Shown in pieces: positions 38,711 through 51,851 of a DNA stretch of 64,000 nt (positions are counted from its first letter, which is position 1; each line of letters opens with the position of its first letter). The stretch covers positions 85,190,001 through 85,254,000 of the forward strand of contig NW_024704743.1 of the NCBI RefSeq assembly GCF_018977255.1, given 5' to 3'. This DNA comes from Callorhinchus milii (Eukaryota). The translations under genes and the position numbers were made by a program. The notes below the pieces were generated by a model, which searched no databases, was not told where the DNA came from, and worked only from the letters and a program-made list of their open reading frames with translations.

Positions 38711-39024
38711 CTTTTGACTGCTTGACTAGAAGAAACCAAGGCACGCTTCTTATTTGTGAAAAAATAAGATGTGTGCATTTTATTAAATATTTATGCAAAG
38801 GATTTTCTGTGTTGTTCTCCCTCCTATCTCTCAAAATGATTTCCATTATTCCCGATTTATTGAATCGTGGTCCAATGATTCATTGAATCTGGCCTTCTAC
38901 TTTGTCTTCAGAAGGGAAACATTTTCCCACACAGTTGCAGTGCTCTGCAGTGCTTCAGATCTTACTGACCAGGCCGCTTCCTCTGCTCAGCAAACATCAG
39001 CCTGCTTCACAAACCCCAATTCGA

Positions 39025-39228
39025 TGCACCCACCACAGCTTTTCTGCCCCAACTCTCCAGAACTCCATCCTAGAGTCCCTCCACCTTGTCCTCCCTGCCT
39101 TCAAAGATCGCCTTCAGTCACTTTTTTTGACCGTGTTTTCTTTTTTCCCTTTTTCTTGCTCTCCTCCCCCACCCCTACTTTCCATTCTCCTGACATGAAA
39201 GTCGCTATATAAATAGAAACTGTTGTTG
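39025..39228 (+). mobile_element. L2 LINE 3' end
   Basis: ctgccccaactctccagaactccatccc-like segment, ccttcaaagatcgcctt and terminal catgaaagtcgctatataaatagaaactgttgttg. Confidence 0.7.
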
Positions 39229-40009
39229 CCGCCCTTTGTTCTTGTTACAGGATTACAGAGATGCTCTTCCATTGCTATACATTAGATCATTGCTGGCAAT
39301 TATGTCCATTGGCTACCACGCACTGTATAAAAAACAATATGTGCACATGGATATGATTGCATTTTTTTCGTATCTTCCTTCAGACTCTGCATTCGTCCTG
39401 CAATAATTTTCCTACTTAAATGCCGTGGCTTTACAACTGAAAATAACTTAGTGATCTAATGGCAAAAACGAACTGTGGAAGAGTTGTACTTCAGTGTTTT
39501 TATTGGTTGAGATGCCTTGTATTGAGTGAGGTGCTTTGTCTTGTAGTCAAACACCCCCTCTGTACACAACAATTGACTGAATTTGGTTCGGCTCATTGCC
39601 TCGCTTCACTTCAGTCCATTAAAGGTCACACCACACCATTTTGAAACTGCACAATAAACAAGCAATTTAAGTGCAATTTCTGCATGGATTATGCAAACAC
39701 TTATTTCTGAATGGCATGTCCCAGCCAGGAGGAGCTATAATTTGAATGCAGCTAATGTTTATACAGTTCAAACTGACTAGAATGTTCTGTAGGGTAAAAG
39801 AAATAGGCCTTTCAGGCCATCTCCTACAAAGGCACAGTCACTGTGTTTTGCAGTAAACTCTGTCAGCTGCAGTTTCTATGTTGATATGAGCACTTTGAAG
39901 TAAAAAATTGAATACTGTATTTTGTAAAACTGCATTTTGAAATATACATCTTGAATTTTAGTTAACTGTTTTGTAGTAGATTAGAAGTTCTTCAGATGTT
40001 CCTTTATCA

Positions 40010-40325
40010 TGACTGCACTTCAATGTTGGAGGTCCTGTTCTTCAGATGAGTCATTAAAAACAGGTCTCATCTGCCATTCACATAGGCAGTAAAGATACCA
40101 CAAGACTCTTTGAAAAGCGAAGGGAGTTTCAGTTTTCCCTGGTTAGCAATCCTCCAGATAAATTGACCGTTCATTTCATGGCTATTTGTGAGACCAGCTG
40201 TGTATAAATTTTCACATTTTCCTATACAGTCACTATGATTAACAGCAACTATTACCAGTGAAATACTTTTTAAGACATTTCAACACCATCAGATGTACGG
40301 TATCAAATGCAAAGGTTATGGTTAT
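40010..40325 (+). mobile_element. Deu-domain SINE, decayed
   Basis: ttcagatgagtcattaaaaacaggtctcatctgcc...aaagataccaca...tttgaaaagcgaagggagtttc and tail tatcaaatgcaaaggttat. Confidence 0.65.
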
Positions 40326-40340
40326 TTTAGACACCAAGAT

Positions 40341-41750
40341 CATAGAATCATAGAATTATACAGCACAGAAGGAGGCCATTCGGCCCATTGTGTCTGTGCC
40401 GGCTCTTTTAAAAGGGCTATCCAAATCAATCCCTCTTCCCCGTTCTTTCCCCATAGCCCTGCAAATTTGTCCTCCCCAAATAATTATCTACTTCTCTCTT
40501 AAAAGTTGTTATCGAGTTGGCTTCTACCACCCTTTTAGGCAATGCATTCCAGATCCAAGCAATGAAAAAATTTCTCCTCACCTCCGTTTCTTTTAATAAC
40601 TATTTAAAATTGGTGACCTCGGGTTACCAACCCACCCGCCATTGGAAATAGTTTCTCCTTGTTCACCCTATCGAATCCCCTCATAATTTTGAAAACTTCT
40701 ATTAATTCTCCTCTTAACCTTCTCTGCTCCAAGGAGAATAATGTTAGCTTAACATTTATCCTAAAGTGGGGTGCCCAGAACTGAACACAGTACTCCAGCT
40801 GAGGCCGAACCAATTTTTATGAACAACAACAAGTTAGATTTATATAGCGCCCTCCACGCCGGACGGCGTCTCAGAGCGCTTCACAGTAACGGATCCCGGG
40901 GCCGAGCCAGGGGAAGGGGGAGGAAGGTGACCAAAGGCGCAGTCGAAAAGGAAGGTCTTCAGCAGAGATCTGAAATTGGGAAGAGAGGGGACGAGGTGAA
41001 GGGAGTGAGGAAGGGAATTCCAGAGCCTCGGGGCGTAGTGGTTGAAGGCACGGCCGCCGTTGGTGGAATGGAGGACTCGGGGGACAAGGAGGAGGCCAGA
41101 CCCTGTGGAGCGAAGGCAGCGGGCCCTGTTGTGAGGAGAGAGCAGGTCAGAGAGGTAGGAAGGTGCAGAGGATTGGAGGGATTTGAAGACAAGGGTAAGG
41201 ATCTTGAAGTTGATAAAGGTTCATCATAACTTCCTGACTTTTGTATTTTATGCCCCTATTTATAAAGCTTAATATCCTGTATGCTTTTTTAACAGCTTTA
41301 TCGACCTGTCCTGCCACCTTCAAAGATTTACTTATATGAACCTCCGGGCCTCTCTGTTCCTTCACCTCCTTTAAGATTGTACCATCAGCTTATATTGCCT
41401 CTCCTCATTCTTCCTCCCAAAATGCATAATTTTCGCACTTCTCCACATTAAACTTCATCTGCCACATGTCTGCCCATTTTATTAGTCTGTCTATGTCCTC
41501 ATGAGGTCTGCTACTATCCTCCTCATCGTTTACTACTTTTCCCAGCTTAGTATCATTTGCAAACTTTGAAATTGTACTCCCTATATCCAAGTCCAGATCA
41601 TTTATATAGATCAAAAAGAGTAATGGTCCTAATACTGACCCCTGGAAGCCACTACTGCACACTTCCCTCCAGTCAGAAAAACAACCATTCACCACAACTC
41701 TCTGTTGTCTGTCTCCCAGCCAGTTCTGTATCCATGCTGCCACTGTCCCT
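40341..41750 (-). mobile_element. CR1 LINE 3' portion (RT and 3' UTR), split by a nested L2
   Basis: ORFs give WIQNWLGDRQQRVVVNG, QGSVLGPLLFLIYINDL, SKFANDTKL, WQMKFNVEKC, VRPQLEYCVQFWAPH and LFSLEQRRLRG; catagaatcatagaa tail at 40341. Confidence 0.95.
40822..41212 (-). mobile_element. L2 LINE 3' end nested in CR1
   Basis: (AAC)n tail at 40822 and L2 ORF2 end. CR1 sequence ...caatttttat resumes as ataaaggttcatcataac at 41213. Confidence 0.9.
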
Positions 41751-42629
41751 TACAAGTGTCTCATGTAAGATTCTGATGGACAGCTAATCTGATAGTGATC
41801 TACTCAAGTTTATTTGTCAGGACATTGATGGGTGTATTGGTTCAAATATGTGATTTACAAGAAAATCAGAGTGATCTTCAGGAATTATGTTGCTGTCAGG
41901 ACATTCAACAGGCATTTCATCTGAAAGTTGGGATTTTTGATTCAAAATACATTTAAGATATCAGATCATTTCAGAAATGTATGGTGAGTTCTTTTTCCAA
42001 ATCCAGTAAACGAACATAGTATAGTATCACATTTTGCAGGAAATCCTCATTTAGAAGATTAATTTGTTCTTATGTGAAAACATGTGTAAGGATGAAGTTG
42101 ACGACTTTCAGCAGTAAGTACTTTCACAAAAGCTGAGGATATTAAGGACATGGAAATAATGATTTGGCAAAAATTCAGGCAGCAGTTATGGAAAATAAAG
42201 TACAAAATAAAGATCCTACTCAGCCACTTAAAAATGTGCGTCATTCCCCAGTAAATCTGTTTGAATGGCTGTTTAAATGTTCCTCCTGCATATAATGGGT
42301 ATAAATGGAGGATCTATAAGAGAAATACTACTAGACATTGCAATGAATCTGATATGAGAATATTAGAAATGGGCTTTATTATTAGAAATGGGATTTAAAT
42401 TCTATTTAATTGCTTCCTTGAGGTTGATTTTGTGTGTCTATATAATATATTTTATATATATATGTTATATATATGTGTAATATAAAAAAGTTAATATTGA
42501 TAAATTAACAAGTTAACTGTAATACTTTGAAATATAAGAGCATTTCACAATTTCGACTGAACAAATATTAGTGTTTTTATTGTCTAACACATGCAGAAAG
42601 TTAGCTCTATTTGGTTTGGAGACTCTTAA

Positions 42630-42911
42630 CCATGGTGATGGGTTTCCACATGTGCCAGATATCCAGCAGATACCCCAAAATAAGTTAAGGCTTTGACTTG
42701 GGGGGTTAATGGGACCTGAGTGGGAAGAATCCCAGTCTGCCCTTCCTACCAATGAGCCAGACTGGCTGCGCTATCGTTAGCAATATTAGGAAGTACTGAG
42801 GACCGCCCGGCTCAGGAACCAGACTGCCTCATAAGCGTCAGCTTCAGGGACACCTCGTTTAACTTCCCTCGACCCCCACCCCCAACCCCCCTCCCCTGGA
42901 GGAGATAGTCT
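42630..42911 (-). repeat. Unclassified ancient interspersed repeat, copy 2
   Basis: Reverse complement is collinear with 26462-26860. Confidence 0.7.
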
Positions 42912-44336
42912 ATATATTATATATTGTTAGGTGAAAGTTGAGGAAGACTAAGGACAGAATGGATGGGAGTTGTGCATTGAGTGTTAATGAGAAGTTTTTT
43001 AACCACATGAGTATTTGTTATCCTTTCAGGTTCTGAATTGTAACCTGGCATTAAGATAATTAAGTAACTGCCTTTCGTCCTGAGGTTTTGAAGGCTCCCA
43101 TTCATCTTACATTGTTAACTATTCAGAATACTTCAACCACGACAACAGCTACATTAGGGAATAAAAATAGCACAGCTCAGTGCACAATGGAATGGCCAGA
43201 CAAGCTTGGACCATCAGACAGATGGTTTCTCAGTACAAAAGCTTGTGTCTGGAGAAACAAAAGCACTTTTAAATTTGATGCCAGTCTATTGCGGGATGTT
43301 CACCAATCAGTGTTTGTACTGTAAAGCTGGTCAATTTGCATTGATTTCCTGAATAACACTTTGTGTGCAAAGCTTTCAACGAAAAGCCAGTTTAGAAGGA
43401 TCCACTTTCCATAAATGCCTTGGTTTATGGGTCTGTTGCCTGTCGGGTATGTGGTGTGACGCGTTATCTTCCAAAAGGGTAACTACTGAGCAAATTGAAA
43501 CTGGGCAATAAAGTGTGGCTTGTTTTTACATTACTAAATATACTAAATGCAGAATACAACTTACTTTGTCTTCTGCTAGTGTCAACCACTGGAATATTGG
43601 TGACAACTCACCAACTTAAGTAGAATTTAGGAACACAGGAATGAGAAGTTAAACACGATACCCAGTTAAACAGGTATCATTCTTGTTTGGTGGAAATCCC
43701 TTTCACTTTGTATCTCATCCAAATAGTTACGCGAAAGCATAATACCGTACTGTTGAAAATCCTCTTTTACATGTGCTATAGATAGAAAAAAAATGTTAAA
43801 AACACTTTGTGTTCTTATTGCAGTGTATAATGTAACAATGGACGTGGTGAGTATTTGCCTACAAAATGTACAGATAATACATTTTACATTAAATCCTGTC
43901 AAGCATTTTGAGATATCCGTCAGATATGAAAGGCAATATATCAAAGGAAAGATTCTTATTATTTACTATTGGGGAAAAAAAATATTTTTCTTGTAATATA
44001 TTGCATTATTTCACCTCCTGCTCAGTTTCCAGTATCAAGTTGGGTTTTTATTTCATTATTCATTAAGTTGTCAGTTGAAGCACATCAGCAGCAAATTCTG
44101 CCTTCACCACACAGGCATATTGAATTAATAATGCACTTGTGATACAAATGAAAAAAAAACAGCAGGACACTGTTGTGTTAGTCTGTGACAATGTTTTATT
44201 CTTCAATTCCATGTTTAATTGCAAAGAATACCCCAGTCATTATCTGTTTCATTAACGTGGATACATCAATTACACTTTTTTTGTCAAGATGTTAGCCTCA
44301 AAAATATGATTAAAATAATGAATGCATTGCCTCAAT

Positions 44337-44712
44337 AACAATAACTTCCATTTATATAGTGCCCTTCAGGCAGGGTAACGTCTTGGAATGCTTAACGGTG
44401 GCGGAACCTATCACCGAGCCGAGGGAGGAAGTAACCGTAAGCACAATCAAAAAGGAAGGTGTTCAGGTGTTATCTGAAAATGGAGAAGGAGGGGCCAAGG
44501 CAGAGGGATTGAGGAAGAGAATGATAAAGTTTCAGGGTGTGGTGGCTGAAAGCATGGCCGCCGAAGGTGGAACGGAGGGTACGAGGGACAAGCAGGAGGC
44601 CAGAGCCAGCGGTAGTGGAATGGGGAGTAAGCAGATTGGAGAGATAGGGAGGTGCCAGGGCATGAAGGGATTTATAGATGAGTGTAAGGATGTTGAAGTT
44701 GATCTGTTCTGG
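44337..44712 (-). mobile_element. L2 LINE 3' end
   Basis: ORF 44470-44859(-) IPEQINFNILTLIYKSLHALAPPYLSNLL...FGGHAFS. Confidence 0.85.
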
Positions 44713-45609
44713 AATATTTCTTACAAAAGCAAAGAGTGTTATATAATTTTGATGAAGAAATATTTGTCTGTATGCTAAGATGTACATCCAACAATCTATA
44801 ATAATTTGATAATCCTTGCATTTGATATAGCTCCTTATCATGTCTTCGAGACATCTCAAAGCGCTTCATATTTACTGTAAAGTGAATTGACTGTATATTT
44901 TGTATGCAAATCTAGTGGAGAAGCAGAGATTTGCAAGAGATGCCACTGCAGCCATTAAGTAAGGTTATGAAGGTTTAATTGTAACTGCAAAATTAGTTAG
45001 CCCACTAACAATCTGCTTTGTTTTTTTATAGCATATCAGTTTCATAGCCGTACAACTTATGATTTTGATAGAATTTTGCCTGAATGTTAACAACATGTGG
45101 GAACAGAATTACTACATTTTATCCCCTCCCCAACTCAGGTAACATGACTGCTAATGTTTCATCTATCAATTTTATTGATCAAAACTTAAGCAGAAATGTA
45201 ATGCTCTCTAAATCAATTGTGGTGACCCAGATATCTAGGGATATTACAAAACTTGTCATTTGTCAAGTCAAAACAGTATGAGGCCGCAATGAATAAGACA
45301 AGCAAGATGTAAGGAAAAATTGCCAAATCAGTTGAATTAATAAGGCACGCTTAAGCTGTCTAGGGCTCTGGTCAGATCACACATAAACTACACAACAACT
45401 GTATACAGTTATGGTCACATAACATAAAGGGCAAAGCCACAAGAGTGTTCAATCTGAATGCAGTCAATAATTATCCATTGAAATTCCACCAGTTTGTAAC
45501 CGATTAATTATGAAATTGGTTAATATTTTTTAAATGTCTTTCCCTCTCCTCCCCTTCCCCTAACTATAGGTTCAGTTCTTTAGAAAGGACATAACTGTTT
45601 GTTTTAACC

Positions 45610-45780
45610 ATACATCTGTCAGTGTATTATACCATAGGCAATCTTTTAATTCCATGCCTTTACCTGCTTCTCCCTTTTAAACATCGCAATTGATTTGCTT
45701 CTCAAACAATTTGGGACAGTGCAATGCACTCAACCTTTTCACAACCCTTTGCGTCAATAAATGTTTTAAATGTCACTTCT
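45610..45780 (-). mobile_element. Very old CR1-type LINE 3' fragment
   Basis: Reverse complement has aaaacatttattgacgcaaagggttgtgaa...gcattgcactgtcccaaattgtttgagaagcaaatcaattgcgatgtttaaaagg (FFTQRVV..WNxL-like region). Confidence 0.5.
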
Positions 45781-46589
45781 AATTTACTACCAAACGCAAT
45801 GTAAATAGAGTGAGATTTGGGCTGCACCAACATTGGACTCACACCAGCATAGTATTACAACAACAACTTGCATTTACATAATGCCCTTCATGCGGGATAG
45901 CAACTTGGAGCACTTTGCAGTGACCAGATTATTATTATTATTATTAGGTTGGGCAAGGAAGGGAGAGGAGAGCAGTATACACACAAATAACTATGAGATT
46001 CTCCTTCATCTCCTCCCCATGAAAGCTCTCAGGTGGTCAGATGGACATCCCAATAGAGCTCAATGCACCATTTTGGACGGGTTGTTCATATGACTGCAGA
46101 GCACCAATTTTTTCTGGCTCAAATGTGGTGTGGAACAACAAATTACATTTATATAACGCCTTTCACGTTGAGAGAACGTCCCAAGGGGCAAGATGAGTGC
46201 AAATTGTCATTGCTGCTAGAATAGACTGTATAAATCGGCCTTTCCACTTCCCATCATTCCGCTGCTGAAAGCAAAGTGGCTTTGTTCTCAATACAATGAA
46301 CAGCATTCCAGATAATTGACAAGTATTCATTGCTCAGTCATCCATGCATTGAGCTATAGAATATGAAATTGTGTGGGTGCAGTCGATGCAAAGCTCCCTG
46401 AGTCCCTGACTTAACATTGGCTCTAACCTCATTCAGAAACGGCAAGTGTTTAGGTCTGTACCTGCAGCAGTGAGCGTGAATCTGAGAGTGTTAAGTGACC
46501 TGTAACATATCTGACATCCTCTCCCAATTTATTCAGTTAGGATGCTTGTGTGGATTGCTTATTGTATTCAAATATTTAAATACTACAAT

Positions 46590-46925
46590 ACAATTTTACA
46601 TTTATTATGTATAATGCCTTTCATGTTGGGAGCACGTCCCAAGGCACTTAACACTCCCTGCTTGGTACCCAAGCTGGGTGGGATCCAAGAGGATGCGCGG
46701 TGGGTGGGGGCGGGGGGGGTGAGTGGAGATGACTGAAGGCGCGGTCAAAGAGGTGTACGTCTTGAGACAGACCTTCGACAAGGTGAAGGAGGGAATGAGC
46801 CAGAGCTACTTTGGAATAGAGTCCCAGAGCGTGGGGACAGATAGGCTGAAAGTCCAACTGCTGATGGTGGGGTGGGTAGCGGGGGTTATGAAGAAGGCTG
46901 GTGCCTGTTGAGTGAAGGGAGCAGT
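46590..46925 (-). mobile_element. L2 LINE 3' end
   Basis: atgcctttcatgttgggagcacgtcccaaggc tail and gactgaaggcgcggtcaaagagg...ggaatagagtcccagagcgtgggg. Confidence 0.8.
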
Positions 46926-47439
46926 AAATCAAAGAACAAAAAGTTGGGGAGAGAGTACCTTCTTCCCCATTTCTTTTGTAACTCAGAGTCTAGGTGGTTT
47001 TGTTTTGTTGATTTGATGGCACAAACACAGCAGTGTGTCTGAGACACGTATGCACTCTCCCTTACCTATACAACCAGGAGTGGTAAATGTGTTATCAAAA
47101 TGTATCTCCTGAGAGGTAGAAAATATTGTGTTTTGGCAAATCAGGGCAGTTACTTCCACATACCATGCATACCCTATCCTATCACTAAACTGATACTCTA
47201 CCTAGTTTATTTCCTGGGGAAAGTTCCTTAACTACAAAGTTCTTGGAGCAAAATCTCTCAAGAATATTCTTCCCTTCGGACATCTCTGCAAAGCAGTCTG
47301 ATCTCCTTCTCTCCAGAGATAACACTCCTTCCTCAACCACAGCAGCACTCTGAACTTTGATGTGTGTCATACATTGTTCCTCAAAGGTTATGTCTTTATT
47401 AGATAAAAAGATTCCTATTTTTAGCAATCTGGATATGAT

Positions 47440-47740
47440 CTTGTGAAGTATTTGTTCACCTCATTCTCCATCTATCTCTACATTCTCCATTAATGTTCTA
47501 CAGCAGATACTTATCCAGCTTCTATTTTGAAGGATACAATCCACACAGCATTGACTGCTTTTTTTTTCCAGTTCATTCAACACATCCGCACCTTTGTGGA
47601 GAAAGTAGTCTTCTAATCTCTAGGACCATTTGCAGCTTTTTAATTTAAAACTTTGCTTTTATAACCTATATCAAGAAGCTTTATATTGTTTTATAGAGCT
47701 GGATCATGCCCTCTCAATCCTTTTGATTCTTATACAGTTT
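47440..47740 (-). mobile_element. Old CR1 LINE 3' fragment
   Basis: ttatccagcttctattttgaagga...ttcattcaacacatccgcacctttgtggagaaagtagtcttcta...gctggatcatgccctctcaatc is a typical antisense CR1 end. Confidence 0.55.
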
Positions 47741-48279
47741 TCATTACGTCGAATTGCTGGGACATCCCTGAAATCATAGGTACAAAATTACAAGAAAATA
47801 TGTACATTCGAAGCCACAAACACTCAGTTTACTCAGCTGTAACATTCACAAAATAAAAGCACAGGAAAAGCTGTGAAGCTTCTTTCGCCATTGCTCATTG
47901 AAAATTGTGCTTTTTGCAAATAGCGAATCAGAATTGCAAATAGAGTACAATATCCATTTATATAGCACCTTTCACATCGGGAGGAGGTCTCAGGTAACAA
48001 TGCTGATTGGGCATCTGAGCTGTGGGTGGGCGCGAAAGGGGTTGGGACTATTAATACAGTCAAAGAGGTATGTCTTGAGACAGGTATTAGCAAATAGCTA
48101 ATCCTAAGCAGTAACCAGATGTGCACCATGCCGATCCTTAGAAACTGTCTTGACGAACCCGATGCGTTACTGTTACAACTTGGACCTTTCATGTAATGTG
48201 TGCGCCTTCAAAGAGTTCCACAGAGACAATGGGGAGCACCAAGCAAGCAGGAGAGTAAGGAGAATTTAAGGATGTTATT

Positions 48280-48640
48280 CAACTGCACGGTCAAAGAAGT
48301 ATATTTTTAAGAGGCTTTTGAAGATAAGGAGAGAAGAAATGAAGTGAAGGGATTCTGGGAGAGAGTTTCAGAGAGTGGGGCATAGTGGCTGGAGGCTTGG
48401 CCACTGAAGGTAGAGCAGATGGAGTGAGGACAAACATTGGACTGGAATCAAAAGAGCAGAGAGAATGGGCAGGAGAATAGGGATGGAAGAGATGACATAT
48501 TTAAGCAGATGGGCAAGACTGTAAAGGGATTTGAAGGTCAGGGCAAAAATCTTGAAATCAATCCACTGGGGTACTGGGAGCAAGTGTAGAATGGGTTAAA
48601 AGGTGTATGGAGGATACAGGCTGCAGAGTTTGACTTAGTT
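48280..48640 (-). mobile_element. L2 LINE 3' portion, decayed
   Basis: ORF 48368-48583(-) LPVPQWIDFKIFALTFKSLYSLA. Confidence 0.8.
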
Positions 48641-49652
48641 GGAGCTTATGGATCTGGGGAGGGTGATGAGGGTGATGAAGTTAGCAATCTAACCATGAGG
48701 TGGGAGGGGGTGATGACAGCAGGTTTGAAAGGAAGAAACACAGTTCCAAAAGTTAGGCATAGGTCGATGAAATTAACCAGAGTGAAGTTGATAAGGAGTA
48801 TCTGGATAGTCTGTTGCTGGAATGGTAAAGATAATAAAAATAATCCTTACATTTGTTATAGACTTTTCACGTCAGGCGGACATCCCAAAGCACTTCAAAG
48901 GATATACTGTGAAGTGTAGTCACTATGTTCTTTGTGGGCGATCGAGAGGACAAATAGTAGGTTTCAGACAGGAAACGAAGCAGAGACAGGGCAAGAGAAA
49001 TGCAAGATGGGGATAGGAAACAGAATAATTTACTAGATCTTAGTAGGACTAAATTAAGACAATGCACTGATGATAATAAAAATAATAATAATCCTTACGT
49101 TTGCTATTGCATTTTTCACATCAAGAGGATGCCTCAAAGCAGTTCACAGGATATTAGTGTAAAGTGGAGTGATTTTGGGGTGGTCAGGCATTTGCCCATT
49201 TTCAAAATTTTGGGGTTAGATTCAGTTTAGCACTCTAGTAGAACTGTCCTCAAATAGGCTGCCTGGAACTAATGCTACAGGAGTATTAACCTGACTCATC
49301 GCAAGATTGCACTTAAGTTTTGTCTCTTTAACGCAGGGTATTTTTTTTGAATAAATTAGTGGGGGTGGATTTTTGTTGTTACATATTTTCCCAGCCAACA
49401 AGCAGGACGTGATGAGAACGCAAATGCAGCTTTACTCACTGAGTCATTCGAGATAAGAACGCATCGCCACATAGTTAAAGCTAGTATGGCAATTTAATTG
49501 TAAAATGTTAACTTAAATGTAAAAGGGAAAGAGCTTCAGAAATCTGAGGGACCAAACTCTGAAATTCAAATATAACTGTGTGGGCTCTGTGATACCCTCA
49601 CAAGTGTACCTTTTTGAACTCATGCTGCACCTTAGACAGGACCGTAGAGTAG

Positions 49653-50026
49653 TAATAATAATAATTCTTGCTCTTGATATGCCTCCTTATCATGTCTTCA
49701 AGACATCACAAAGCGCTTCACAGATTATACTGTAAAGTGAATTGACTGCATATTTTGTGGGCGAAACATGGCAGCCAATTGGGCACAGCAGTTTCCCACA
49801 AACAGTCGTGGATTGAGTGACCTAATTATTATTTTTTCTTGAAGGGATTATTACCCCCGGAAAAGTGATCCTCCAATCGACTTAACAACTGGATTCCTAC
49901 CTACTGCTAGATAAACAGAGGCGTGTGAAGTAAGGAAACTTGCCCAACATTTCGCCCTGCCGGGAATCAAACCCAGGTCCTCTCGCTTGCGAGGCGAGTG
50001 CTCTAAGCACTGAGCTACAGGACTCC
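49653..50026 (-). mobile_element. tRNA-derived SINE, full length, variant B
   Basis: Head ggagtcctgtagctcagtgcttagagcactcgcctcgcaagcgag, CORE-like gggcaagtttccttacttcacacgcctctgtttatctagcagtagg and (TTA)n tail. Confidence 0.9.
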
Positions 50027-51509
50027 ATAAGTGAAACAATCTGCATTTGAATCTCATGTTTCAAATAGCTGCAGATCCAACAAACACCATCAGAAAGCAA
50101 AACCTCATGCCTTAAAGCACAAGTTGAAAAGATATTATTAGGGATCTTATACCCAACCATGAGTTGTAGGTAAAGCTCCATATCTCTGTTTGTTCACAAA
50201 GACTTGGTATATTAACTTTTTATTATTTTCACTGGTGCTTTGATAATTTGATCATTTAGATTTTTAGGAATAATAGTGGTATTGAGATTAATGTGTGTTG
50301 GCACTTTGAATGGTTCAACATGTAAATCATTCCTGGAGCTACTGTGACTCCTGTTTCAGGGCTGCGTCCTTTCTGGTTTATGTCAGGAGAGACTTAAAAC
50401 AACTGTAAATAGCTTTCCCTGCAGCAGTTACGGATGTGCTTTCCTGTTTAATAAAATTATACTTCTGTTAATACATTTGAAGCTTCTACGACCATAAACT
50501 TATATTTAATGAATGGGACATGATATTGGGTCAGCTGGCATGCCACAGACCACACTTATGCATAATACTCCTTTAAAGTCTGTGAATAATTAAAAAAAAA
50601 TAAGATTAAAGTAATACAGTGCATAAATCGCACAGGGACACAGTTCACTATTTTCATTCTCCCTGGCAGCATTATGACTTTGCTGCATAATGTGTCTGCC
50701 AAGTTGACTTGGTAGCCATCTCGCCTCTGGGTGAGAAGGTTATGGGTTCAAGTCCCGTCGAAGTCATGATCTAGGTTGATTCCGGTTCGTGGGACGTTGA
50801 TATGTCCAAATTGGATGATGTTTTGTCTACAAATACACAAATCACTTTACAGAAAGCTCTATGAACCGCTTTGAGATATTCCAGCATGATTAGGGGCTAT
50901 ATGAATTACAAGAATTATTATCATTTAGTTTGTGTAGTTTAATACCATTTATCTCCTTCAGATTAAAAAGGCTTTTGATAACCTACAGAATCCAGGAACA
51001 AATCCCACATGTTGTTCTGTGTTTTCTCCACAGCCTCAGGTTTTTTTTTGTTAATTAGTCATACCAGGCACTAGTTACACCATCTACAGTATCCCTGCTT
51101 GCTTTTCTAGGGCTGAAGATTGTACAGATTGAACAGTTTTTATCAACATTCCAGCAAACTTCTGACATTTTGTTTTATATAGAATGTTTTACACGTTAAC
51201 AAAAACAGGAAATGGTAATAACGGGACAAAATAATGTTGAAAATCCTTAAGCATTTGTATCTCAAATGTTTTCCTTTTAATGCTTGGTAATGGGTGATCA
51301 TTTTATGGGATGTGAACAAACAAATGAGCCACTGAAATATCTGTGTTCATTTACGAGAGGATTTAATCTCCTCCACAATCTAATTGGAAGATTTGCCGAC
51401 AAGTTTTTAGAGAGATAAGAGCACGACTTCTAAATGTGTGAAATAGGAATGTGTAGGGCCACAAAAGGTCTATGTGGTCTGCCCCCAAAATAAAGAAATT
51501 TAATTTGTC

Positions 51510-51851
51510 CACTCCCTATCCGCTTTCTCCACTTGGCAGGCTCTGGCCTACTTCATGTCCCCGCCAGGCCCACCCCACCATCGGCTGTCGGGCCTTCAGC
51601 CTCTTTGCCCCAACCCTTTGGAACTCTGTCCCACGGACTTTCCGCCTCGCCCCCTCCCTTGCCTCCTTCAAGGCATGTCTCAAGGCTCTCCTCTTCGACC
51701 GCATGTTTGGTCACTTTCCTACCCCAACCTTCTCTGCCCTCCACCCCCCTGATCCCAACCCTAAGCTCGGGTCCCAATCCCTGATTGTCCAACAACTTGG
51801 GGCGCCCTCCCGATGAGAGACGCTATACAAATGTAATTTGTTGTTGTTGTT
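51510..51851 (+). mobile_element. L2 LINE 3' end
   Basis: ORF 51472-51816 PTIGCRAFSLFAPTLWNSVP...FKACLKALLF; (TTG)n tail. Confidence 0.9.
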
